Assembly: GCA_041690595.1 (NCBI GenBank)
Contig: JAWLHB010000014.1
Span: 124,001 to 163,345 of the forward strand
Origin: Lentisphaeria bacterium
GTDB taxonomy: Bacteria > Verrucomicrobiota > Lentisphaeria > JABSQK01 > JAWLHB01
Length of the DNA: 39,345 nt
Reading direction: 5' to 3'
Shown here: positions 1 to 8,356 of the stretch, in pieces
Layout: every line of letters begins with the position of its first letter
Position numbering within the stretch: position 1 is the stretch's first letter
The notes under the pieces: generated by a model
Databases searched by the model: none
What the model was told of the DNA's origin: nothing
The model's input: the letters and a program-made list of their open reading frames with translations, nothing else
Made by a program: the position numbers and the translations under genes

Positions 1-1287
1 CCGCGCCCTGATGACCAGTTTCTCGATGCTCTCGTGGTCACCGCCGATCTGGGGCTCGAAGCTGTGCCACAGACTCTCCATGTGACGGTGGTGCGTATCC
101 AGCACGCACCAGGGCTGCGGACTCTTTGCGTATTCGTTCAGAATGCCGACGAACGTGGCCGGAGCGGTCTGCATCGCCTTCTGGACGCAGTCGGCCTCGA
201 GCAGCACTTCCGCAGCGGAAGCGACCAAGGCCCATCGAGCCTGGAGGCGCGGCTCCACGTCGCACCAGAATCGGGCGAGGCGGGAGGTCGCCAAAGCCAG
301 CAATTCGCCGTCGGTCGCCTCCAGTAGACGGCTTTCGACACGGCGCAGCAGGGCCCGTTCGATGGCGGCGAACGTCTCAACGTCGGTAATGGCTTCAGCG
401 GGCAAGGCCATCGCCTGCAGTGCCAGCTCCTGCTCGACCCTGTTCGCGGCGACCACGTAACTGTCGCGGGTGTCGCGGCGCAGCCGCCAGGATCGGGCCA
501 GTTCCACGCATGCGTCCCTGGACGCGGCCGTGGGCGCGACAGTGGCCGTCTTCAGCGCCTCCGGGGCTGCCTCTCCCAGTCCTGCCAGCAAATCGGTGAC
601 GAGAACGTGTCGGGCCAACCTTTCGCGAATGGCTTCCAGGTTGTCGTCCGCCGCGATATCGCATGCATAGGCATGTCGCAGCAAGTCAGCCAGTTCGCCT
701 TCGGCGCTCTTCTTGCCGATCTCCACGTCTTGGCCGTTGCTGGCCAGAAAGGCAAGGCCGACTTCCTGGGCATTGCCGGTGCCGAACACCAAGGCCAGAA
801 CCCCCTTCGATATCTCGCCGCCCTTCTCGGCCAGGGCGTTCAGATCGGCCAGCGTCAGCTTCCCGGCCTCGGCCTGTTTCTCCACCTCGGCCGCCGTCTC
901 GTCGCCGAGGATACTCTTCAGGGCATTCCTGGCAACGACAGCGAGGCGTGTGTTGCGCGCCGGGGGCTGCTGGCCCGGCTGCATGACCACGCCCGCCGTC
1001 TCCAGTTCGGTCAGAGCCCGGTGTGTCTCATCCTGGGCCAGCGGCACATACACAACCAGGCGCGGAGGCTGATTACCGTCCATCAGATGACGTTGGTCGA
1101 TCTCCCAGCGCAGCTGCAGGAAGCTGTCGCAGTAGTGCAGGACGGTCGTGTTCGGCAGGGCGAGTCCGGCAGCCACGTCGGCATAGACGCCGTCAGGGTC
1201 ATACCACACGACCAAGCCATTGTCGTCGACCTGTCTGGCGACTTGGCCAACCACATACTTGCTGACTATGCCGATGACACCCTTCAT
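1..1287 (-). CDS. pglZ: BREX PglZ protein, N-terminal 429 codons (3' end outside the window; absent from the ORF track)
   Basis: Manual translation from ATG 1287 gives MKGVIGIVSKYVVGQVARQVDDNGLVVWYDPDG...HYCDSFLQLRWEID...RLVVYVP...EKLVIRAR, open to position 1. The VVWYDP start is typical of PglZ and the gene lies downstream of pglX. The phosphatase domain itself is not visible. Confidence 0.8.
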   Translation of the reverse strand, partial: MKGVIGIVSKYVVGQVARQVDDNGLVVWYDPDGVYADVAAGLALPNTTVLHYCDSFLQLRWEIDQRHLMDGNQPPRLVVYVPLAQDETHRALTELETAGVVMQPGQQPPARNTRLAVVARNALKSILGDETAAEVEKQAEAGKLTLADLNALAEKGGEISKGVLALVFGTGNAQEVGLAFLASNGQDVEIGKKSAEGELADLLRHAYACDIAADDNLEAIRERLARHVLVTDLLAGLGEAAPEALKTATVAPTAASRDACVELARSWRLRRDTRDSYVVAANRVEQELALQAMALPAEAITDVETFAAIERALLRRVESRLLEATDGELLALATSRLARFWCDVEPRLQARWALVASAAEVLLEADCVQKAMQTAPATFVGILNEYAKSPQPWCVLDTHHRHMESLWHSFEPQIGGDHESIEKLVIRAR

Positions 1288-1290
1288 ACG

Positions 1291-1908
1291 CTATAGCCCC
1301 GCTGCTTTCGCCAGTTTCAGCATCTCGTCCAGCATTTCCGTGAGTCGCGGACACTTGTTTCTGGCCTTCTCTGGGGAGAGTTTGTCAAACAACTCTTTGC
1401 CCTGAGTAACCTTCTTGTAGCTCCGCTTCAGCCGATCTCCGTACAGCCGGTCGAGCAGCTTGGCCGGCGGCTCGTTGAAGTTCACCGTCTCGGGGTTCTT
1501 CGCCTTTCCGGGGAAACCGCTCTTGATCTCCTTGGGAAAGAGGGTCAGATCGCTAAGCAACCACGCTTCGACCTCATGAACGGCAAAAAACTGCCGGAAC
1601 TTGTCCTGGCCTACTCTCTCCTCCATATGCTTCTTCGCCCAGTCGTACCGCTTATCGGCCGCATTCAGATGCTCTGGATAGAACGTGGGGCCGTAGAGGT
1701 CGAGCAAGGAGATCACCGCGATCACGTCTGTTTCCTTCAGACGCAATTGTGCCTTCTTGGGGGCGCCCTCATAGAGGTCCCGCCACCCTCCGAACTTGAC
1801 GGGAGCAATCCCGACAGGCTGTGAAAGCTTGTCATCCAACCAACGTTTGAAAAAGGCTGGCAGCGATTTCCTCTCGGTCGGCCCCTCGCAGAAGAGTACG
1901 AATTTCAT
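1291..1908 (-). CDS. DUF4276-like TOPRIM-fold protein, 205 aa
   Basis: Motifs FCEGPTE, LLDLYG, HEVEAWLLSD, PETVN...PPAKLL and YKKV. ATGA overlap with the upstream ATPase gene. Confidence 0.8.
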   Translation of the reverse strand: MKFVLFCEGPTERKSLPAFFKRWLDDKLSQPVGIAPVKFGGWRDLYEGAPKKAQLRLKETDVIAVISLLDLYGPTFYPEHLNAADKRYDWAKKHMEERVGQDKFRQFFAVHEVEAWLLSDLTLFPKEIKSGFPGKAKNPETVNFNEPPAKLLDRLYGDRLKRSYKKVTQGKELFDKLSPEKARNKCPRLTEMLDEMLKLAKAAGL

Positions 1909-3104
1909 TCTCCGACCTCCTCCAGTTCACCCGAGTCCATCAGCGCTCCCAGAGAGTACTCCTTCAGCCATTTGTCGAGCTTTGGCCCCTCCAATTTGTG
2001 GAGATGCGTTTCGCCCTCATGCCATTTCACCACGGTTGTCGTTGGCGGGGCGTCGCCAAAGGCATTGAGCAGTTGCGGCGAGTGGGTGGTCAAGATCACC
2101 TGAGCGCGCCGGGACGCATCGATCGCGTATTCGGCCACCACCGGCAGCATCGACGGGTGCAGACCGGTTTCCGGCTCATCAATGGCAATCAGGGGGGCTG
2201 GGGAAGGCGAGGCCAGTACCGTCAGTAGGAAGAGGAATCGCAACGTGCCGTCCGAGAGGTCGGCGGCCGACTGCTCGCGTTTCAGACTACGCCAGCGCAC
2301 GCGAAGCTGAATCCGCTGATCGGCGGCGGGCGGGAATACCAATTCCTCAAAATCGTCCCCGAACGCTGCCCGCATGGCGGCATTAATGTCTTTCTTGAAC
2401 TGCCGGTCGCCAGTGTAAAGGGTGTGCAGGACAGAGGTCAGATTCTGGCCATCTGGCGATACTCGCTTCTCGGAACGGGCCACCGCCGCTTGTCGGATGG
2501 CGGCATCACGATTCACGTGCAGATCGTGGTAGACGCACCAAGCCGCAAGTTGCTGTTGGAACACTGGGATATGTCGGTTGGCCGAAAACGGTCCGGCAGC
2601 CAGTGATAGCAACGTTTCCTCCTCTGGTACTTGATCCTCGGCTGCCAGAAGACCTTTCTCGTGCTCGTCAAATATGTGCGCCCTTTGCAGTTGCCTTTCA
2701 AGGAACTTGAAAGGCTGCTTGCTGAGGCCGGCATCGACCTTGCTGTAGTTGCCCAACAGCTCGTTGCCGATTCTGTAAGAGCTGCTCTGCCCGATCCTGT
2801 TCAACTCAAGCTCGTAGGTAAGCGCCTCTCGCACAGGATCCCTGGACTCGTCAACCGGTGAGGTCCTACAGCGGACAGCAATGCGGTCGTCGCTGCCATC
2901 CCAAAGCAAAGGCTCCATACCGCCACTGTTCTGGATGTGCTTCCCCAACCGTCCCTGCGCCGATACTGCCATCAACTCGAGCAGACGAAGCAGATTGGAC
3001 TTTCCCGATGCATTGGGGCCAATCAGAACATTCAGATCGCCGGGCTTCCAATGCACGTCGTGAAGAGATCGGAAGCCTTTGACGTCAAGCTCAAGTATTC
3101 TCAT
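1905..3104 (-). CDS. ABC/SMC-type ATPase (AAA_21/AAA_15-like), 399 aa
   Basis: Walker A GPNASGKS, signature LSDGT, Walker B/D-loop IAIDEPETGLHP, H-loop TTHSP. AAGGAG RBS upstream. Confidence 0.92.
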   Translation of the reverse strand: MRILELDVKGFRSLHDVHWKPGDLNVLIGPNASGKSNLLRLLELMAVSAQGRLGKHIQNSGGMEPLLWDGSDDRIAVRCRTSPVDESRDPVREALTYELELNRIGQSSSYRIGNELLGNYSKVDAGLSKQPFKFLERQLQRAHIFDEHEKGLLAAEDQVPEEETLLSLAAGPFSANRHIPVFQQQLAAWCVYHDLHVNRDAAIRQAAVARSEKRVSPDGQNLTSVLHTLYTGDRQFKKDINAAMRAAFGDDFEELVFPPAADQRIQLRVRWRSLKREQSAADLSDGTLRFLFLLTVLASPSPAPLIAIDEPETGLHPSMLPVVAEYAIDASRRAQVILTTHSPQLLNAFGDAPPTTTVVKWHEGETHLHKLEGPKLDKWLKEYSLGALMDSGELEEVGE

Positions 3105-3134
3105 AACGTTCTCCTTGTTGGCGGAACTGAAAAC

Positions 3135-6100
3135 TCACTCATCTTGGTCATCTTCATCGCCACCCTCGGCCTCGTCGTCGTCCGGGGTTGCGGCGCGCAG
3201 GTTCTTGGGGGGCTCGACTTCGCAGATGTCCTCGAGGCCGTGGGCGATGGCGACGGAGCGGTCACGCTTGCAGAGGTCGCGCACGCGGTCGGGCCAGAGC
3301 TGGTAGGCGATGTGCGCCCAGTCGTACTTGGCGTCCTGAAGCGCTTCCCAGCTCTTTTCGGCTTCCTTCCAGGGCACCAGCTCGTGTAACGGGGCGATGT
3401 TCAGGATGACGCCATCGTTCAAGTCGGGAACCAGATGCAGGTCGGCGACGTGACGGAGCTTGTCGCGGAAGTCGTGCAGTTCGGTAACGAACTGCTCCTG
3501 GCGGTCGATGTCCTTCTCGATCTGCTTGGCTTCGCGACCGGCACTGCCTATCGCCGCCTTCCGGGTGCGCAACACCTGCAGGCGGTCCTCCTCCATGCGG
3601 AGCTTTGGCTCGACGTAGTTGACCAGGCACTTGAAGTACGTGTCCTTGTCCAGCCGGTGGTAGTAGAGCCAGAGCCCGTAGTTGCCCTTGGCCGAACGCA
3701 GGTACCAGTAGATGGGAGCCTTGCGGCGGCTCTTCGAGTACCGCTTCACGTGATCCATCCAGAAACCGCCGTTGCCGGGCTTGCGGAAGTAGTCGCGGAG
3801 TTCGCGCACACCAAGAATCTCGCACGCTTCCCGCTCGATGGCCTCAGCTCGTTCCTTCCAGATCACGCTCAGGACGTCCCGGATGCGGCGTACAACGTCG
3901 TCACCGTGCTCTGCGTCATCAGTGAGGATGCCGTCCCAGTCGATCTGAATGGGATAGTCGGCAGGAACGTCCTCTGGCTTCGCGGGTAGGTCATCTTGGC
4001 TCTGGAGCATGCCGGGTGGGCACGCAGGAAGGGGCGCAAAAGGGGCGGGCAGCTCAGACAGTTGACGCTCACCGGTAGCAAAGCGGATGTCCCAGCGGCC
4101 TAGGGCGCATCCGCAAATATACGACGCTAATTCCTCGCAAGTTTCTGTAATCTCCGACGCTAGTTTATCAGGCTCAGACGATCGATTAGAAATGATCGTC
4201 TCGATCTTCACACCAGTTTTCCATGCGTCGCTCTCCAGGCGGCTCTGCGTGACCCGGTGAATGCGCAGTCCTTCAGCTCCAAAATCGTCATCCGTATCGC
4301 CATCAAGAGCGAGAACGTCAGGAGAAATCTCTACAGGATGTGGCCCAATTATCCGTTTGACCAATTCTTTTTGATTGCTGTCTAAACCAAAAAGTTCAAG
4401 ACAGATCTCGTCGATCTCATAGTCATGCTGCAGGAAAGTAAGAAGGTGTCTGTCCTGTGCATGCAAAACCGCCTGCGCCGCACTAGCTAGAGAGCTTGTT
4501 CTTTCTCCCTGAAGCAATCGTGGGAGCTGAAAGTCTTGGCCAACTTCTTCAGAGTCAAAGAGGGATCGCTGTAGGCGGCATGCTTCCCGCACTTCATTTT
4601 CCAGCTTCTTGACCATATCGTCTGTCGGCGATGGCCACGGAACCTGGCGAACGTATCCAACTTGCCAATGCCGGGTTGAGGTGAGGCAGCGGATAAAGAA
4701 CTCTGCGACGCGACTATTTAGAAGCCCTAGGATTACCCATCGCCATTCGGTTCTTAATGGAAAAACTGCAGGGCTGCCGTTATCAAAAATGCAGTTTGAC
4801 GGTAAAACGCTTACGCTCATTCCAAACTCGTTCACCAGAGGAAAAGTGAGTCCGGGACGGAAATATTGTCGGGTATCTCGTAGACGAACTGCTGATGAGT
4901 TGCCTGTCGATATATGCCGCCCTTCTTGGCGCCAATCGACAACTAGATGGGGGGCGCGGAAGAACTTTTGGAAATCGCCGCCTTTACAGTAGTACGCCCA
5001 CTTACCTCTCCTGATGGAGCCAGGGTGCACTTCCCAAGAAAGCCGCAGAAACTGATCGTTTCCTGAGGTGACCACGCCCAGCAGAATGTCTGCTGCCACA
5101 GTGCCAGTATTCTTGGCGGGGTCGAACAGGTTTAAGAGTGTTCCCGCTGCCCAGTATGCAAACGAGCACTGTTCGATTCTCTGGAAATCCGACTGTCTCG
5201 CGACAAAACGTCGAATGTCACGATGACCCGCTGAAAGATGGATTAGGCAATTTTTCAATGACTCCTGTTTGTCATTATCTTCAACCAACCGAAAGTAAAT
5301 GCCTTCATCATTCGCTGGCACAGAATTGATTACGTAAGCTGCGGAGCGAACCATAGCGGCGTCCATCACTCCGAGCCCGAAATCGGCCAAAAGCTGCATT
5401 CGCGTCTTGGGGACTAATACCTCTTTTCTGAAGTTACTTAGGCTTCCATATGTAAGAAAGGTGTGCGAAGTGATCGCACCCACGCAGTTCGAGATGCCAA
5501 CTGCTCGTTCGATGAAATCTGAATATAATTCATAAGGCTGACCGACATAGTTATCTTCAAGGTATCGTTTTGATCTCTTTGCGGGATCGCCGAATGGCGG
5601 ATTCATCAATGAAACGTCATAGCGATTCCTGCACACGTCGATGAAGGCAAATCCGCGTCCGGCATCCTCTGCAAAAAGCTTGCGGCGGTACGAACTACCG
5701 CTTCCAGCATGCTCAACATAACGACGAAGCGCTACCACGATTTCCTCTTCCGCGCGGTCCAGAAAGCGCTCGTCGCCAAGATCCGCGAAGTCAAGCAGGT
5801 CAAGTTCAGCCTTGGGCGCATATTCCTTGAGCAAGAATCCAGCGGATGCATCCTTATGCTTCTTCCAGCGCAGGTACTCATCCTTCGCTTTAGCGGCAGC
5901 GGCGCTGATGTCCTCCTCAATCTTGAGCAGGCTCCCGGCCTCGCCAGCAAGCTTCATCTTCTCGAAGACTTCCTCGACGAGTTGACCGAGCGCCTTCGGC
6001 TGCAGTTCGGCCGTGAACTCGCGCAGCATATCAGTGTCGCCAGGCATGGGTTCGGCACAGACGATGTTCGACCGCGTGATAGGCGGACGTTGGCCGTTCT

Positions 6101-7337
6101 TCAGATTCATGGCTTGGTAGGCGCGTTGGCAGCGCAGCCAGAGCGCGAGCGCGGCGATCTGGGTGGCCCGCAGATCAATGTCGATGCCGTGCAGGTTGTG
6201 GCGCAGAATCAGCCCGGGGATGGCCTTGCGCAGGTCTTCCAGACTGGGATAGTCCTTACGGAGGGGGGCCCCGAGTTCCGCGTCGTCGTAGGCTTCCTCA
6301 TAGATCACCAGCAGCAGGTCGAAGCAATAGAGCAGGAAGTGCCCGCTGCCGCAGGCCGGGTCGAGAATGCGGAGTTCGCGCGGGTCTTTCTTGGCCCGGA
6401 ACGGAATGTGAACCGGCTGCCGCAACAGCTCTTCCTGTGACAGTTCCTTCTCCGGTTCAGCGGCTGCCGGTGGCTGTTCTCCCTTGGCGATGAACACCTC
6501 ATTGGGGCGTCGGACCAGGTACCGACAGCGGTCGGTGAGCGTGGTCGTGCCCTGGCGCATCTCGTACCAGATGCGGCCGAGGGTGTTGTCGGTGAGGAAT
6601 TCGACCACATAACGGGGGGTGAAGAACTGGTTGCGGAAGGCAAGCTCGTACGAGTTGCGCGGGGCCTGGCTCTCCTTCCGCACCTTGTCGCGCAGTTCCT
6701 TGGGGGTGAAGTACTGGTAGACCCAGCCGATGGTCTCGTCCTGCTCCCAGATGCCCCGCAAGGACTCATCATTGATCAGCGCCAAGACATCGTCGATGAC
6801 GCGTTGGGGCGGGTAAACGCGGTTGGCCGGATCGTTGGGGTTGAACAGTACCCCGATCTCCTGGGAGAGCGTTCCGCCCAGCCAGTCAAGGAAGTGACGA
6901 TAGGCGGCTTCCTGCTGGCCGGTCGCATGCAGTTTCTCGATGTCCGGGTGGTCGGCGAGGTAGAAGAAAAAGCCCTGGGACTTCAACCCTCGGCTGACGG
7001 CCTCGCGGATCAGGGCACGCGCCTCCATCATCTTGTAGGCGCAGAGCCGGTTCAGGTGGGTGAAGGCGATCTCGCGGATGAGCTGTTCCAGGGCTTCGCT
7101 CCGCTTGTACCCCAGCGAAGCGATGTGCGCCAGGTGGTCGATCAGGTCGCGACGACAGGCATGGTCCTCCTCGGAGAGGTGGGTCATGCGCGCTTCGTCC
7201 TCGACCTGAATCTCGCCCTTCCTGCCAACTGCGAAGATGCCGAAGCGCCCCTGCAATGCCTGCGTCGTCGCTTCTTCGAGAAGCCTGCGGCACTGCGTGA
7301 CCGTGTTGCGGAGTGTGTTTCGGGTGCCCTGGTCCAT
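3135..7337 (-). CDS. pglX: BREX adenine DNA methyltransferase PglX (BrxX), 1400 aa
   Basis: EIAFTHLNRL, IGWVYQYF, QFFTPRYVVEFLTDNTLG, motif I ILDPACGSGHFL, GIDID, motif IV NPPF, C-terminal KAPIYW and DLNDGVILN. Confidence 0.93.
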   Translation of the reverse strand: MDQGTRNTLRNTVTQCRRLLEEATTQALQGRFGIFAVGRKGEIQVEDEARMTHLSEEDHACRRDLIDHLAHIASLGYKRSEALEQLIREIAFTHLNRLCAYKMMEARALIREAVSRGLKSQGFFFYLADHPDIEKLHATGQQEAAYRHFLDWLGGTLSQEIGVLFNPNDPANRVYPPQRVIDDVLALINDESLRGIWEQDETIGWVYQYFTPKELRDKVRKESQAPRNSYELAFRNQFFTPRYVVEFLTDNTLGRIWYEMRQGTTTLTDRCRYLVRRPNEVFIAKGEQPPAAAEPEKELSQEELLRQPVHIPFRAKKDPRELRILDPACGSGHFLLYCFDLLLVIYEEAYDDAELGAPLRKDYPSLEDLRKAIPGLILRHNLHGIDIDLRATQIAALALWLRCQRAYQAMNLKNGQRPPITRSNIVCAEPMPGDTDMLREFTAELQPKALGQLVEEVFEKMKLAGEAGSLLKIEEDISAAAAKAKDEYLRWKKHKDASAGFLLKEYAPKAELDLLDFADLGDERFLDRAEEEIVVALRRYVEHAGSGSSYRRKLFAEDAGRGFAFIDVCRNRYDVSLMNPPFGDPAKRSKRYLEDNYVGQPYELYSDFIERAVGISNCVGAITSHTFLTYGSLSNFRKEVLVPKTRMQLLADFGLGVMDAAMVRSAAYVINSVPANDEGIYFRLVEDNDKQESLKNCLIHLSAGHRDIRRFVARQSDFQRIEQCSFAYWAAGTLLNLFDPAKNTGTVAADILLGVVTSGNDQFLRLSWEVHPGSIRRGKWAYYCKGGDFQKFFRAPHLVVDWRQEGRHISTGNSSAVRLRDTRQYFRPGLTFPLVNEFGMSVSVLPSNCIFDNGSPAVFPLRTEWRWVILGLLNSRVAEFFIRCLTSTRHWQVGYVRQVPWPSPTDDMVKKLENEVREACRLQRSLFDSEEVGQDFQLPRLLQGERTSSLASAAQAVLHAQDRHLLTFLQHDYEIDEICLELFGLDSNQKELVKRIIGPHPVEISPDVLALDGDTDDDFGAEGLRIHRVTQSRLESDAWKTGVKIETIISNRSSEPDKLASEITETCEELASYICGCALGRWDIRFATGERQLSELPAPFAPLPACPPGMLQSQDDLPAKPEDVPADYPIQIDWDGILTDDAEHGDDVVRRIRDVLSVIWKERAEAIEREACEILGVRELRDYFRKPGNGGFWMDHVKRYSKSRRKAPIYWYLRSAKGNYGLWLYYHRLDKDTYFKCLVNYVEPKLRMEEDRLQVLRTRKAAIGSAGREAKQIEKDIDRQEQFVTELHDFRDKLRHVADLHLVPDLNDGVILNIAPLHELVPWKEAEKSWEALQDAKYDWAHIAYQLWPDRVRDLCKRDRSVAIAHGLEDICEVEPPKNLRAATPDDDEAEGGDEDDQDE

Positions 7338-7339
7338 AT

Positions 7340-8353
7340 CTAACTTGACCTCCGCAGGAACTCACACAACGCAGCCACTTCTGGGTTCACCTTCTCTACA
7401 GCCCCCCAGTCGGTATTAGCAAGGGCCTTCGGCAGAGCTGGACCACGCAGACGGCCTTCGGTCCCAAGCCACGATTCGATCTCAGGTGCCGCAATCGCCA
7501 CATGGGCCTGCCAGCCAGCGGGAAGATCCTTCAGCGCCTTCTTCACCTCCATGCGTTGCCGTTCCACCGCGGTACAATCTTGTGTGTCTGAGTCAAACAC
7601 GAGAACCACAGAACTATTGCCGCCGATTCCACTGGCCAGCAGCGAAGCCAAGGCCGGGATCAACCTCCCCATGAGGTCGCGCTTCCCTTGTGCCACCAAG
7701 AATTGGGGCGACATTGGCGCTTGCACCGAGGCCGCAACATGGGCGACCAGATGCTGCAGTATGACCTTGTCGGACCTGCCTTCGCAGATGAATACCGGAG
7801 CTGAGACAAAACCAGTTGTTCCACCTGCGACCCGTGCATTCGCTACCATTTTCGTAGCAGAAACCATGCTTGCGACGTTCTGCAGGTTCGGCCACGTTAT
7901 ATATACTTCGCCCGTCCTTCCGGCCGCGAACAGTTTTTCCTCAAGCACCTCCAGAAACGGCGTACCATCAATGACCGCCAACACGTCATCTTTGTCGAAG
8001 AGCAGGATATCAAGCTCCTTGCCGTGAACCAAAGCATCTACGCAGTCTTTTGAGTAGCCAGACATCGAGACGAAGATGCCAATGGTGTTCTTGAACTTCC
8101 CGGCAACCTTGCCTTTGAACGCATAAATGGAGGATGCGGGCATTGGGTCTTTGACCCACTTGGCCTCAAGAAGGACCACCCTGTTCAGCCACCAAAAGGC
8201 ACCATCAATTTCTTCTCCTTCCGGCCTGTAAGAAAGAACGTGCTTAAGGTTGGCATCTTCCAGCATCTGGCCGAGTAGTTGCTCGAAGCCTTTTCCACGA
8301 GCCTGCGGATGCAATTTCTCGATATTATCAAACTTCGTGCGCAAGGAAGTCAT
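7340..8353 (-). CDS. Mrr-like PD-(D/E)xK restriction endonuclease domain fused to a C-terminal TOPRIM/DUF4276-like domain, 337 aa
   Basis: N-terminal half: RGKGFEQLL...EEIDGAF...LLEAKW...GIFVSMSGYS. C-terminal half: FICEGRSD...GKRDL...LVFDSD...PEIESWL. Confidence 0.75.
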   Translation of the reverse strand: MTSLRTKFDNIEKLHPQARGKGFEQLLGQMLEDANLKHVLSYRPEGEEIDGAFWWLNRVVLLEAKWVKDPMPASSIYAFKGKVAGKFKNTIGIFVSMSGYSKDCVDALVHGKELDILLFDKDDVLAVIDGTPFLEVLEEKLFAAGRTGEVYITWPNLQNVASMVSATKMVANARVAGGTTGFVSAPVFICEGRSDKVILQHLVAHVAASVQAPMSPQFLVAQGKRDLMGRLIPALASLLASGIGGNSSVVLVFDSDTQDCTAVERQRMEVKKALKDLPAGWQAHVAIAAPEIESWLGTEGRLRGPALPKALANTDWGAVEKVNPEVAALCEFLRRSS

Positions 8354-8356
8354 AGT

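Noticed and set aside
607..1296. 229-aa plus-strand ORF
   Set aside because: Shadow of pglZ, which is open on the minus strand from 1287 to the window edge.
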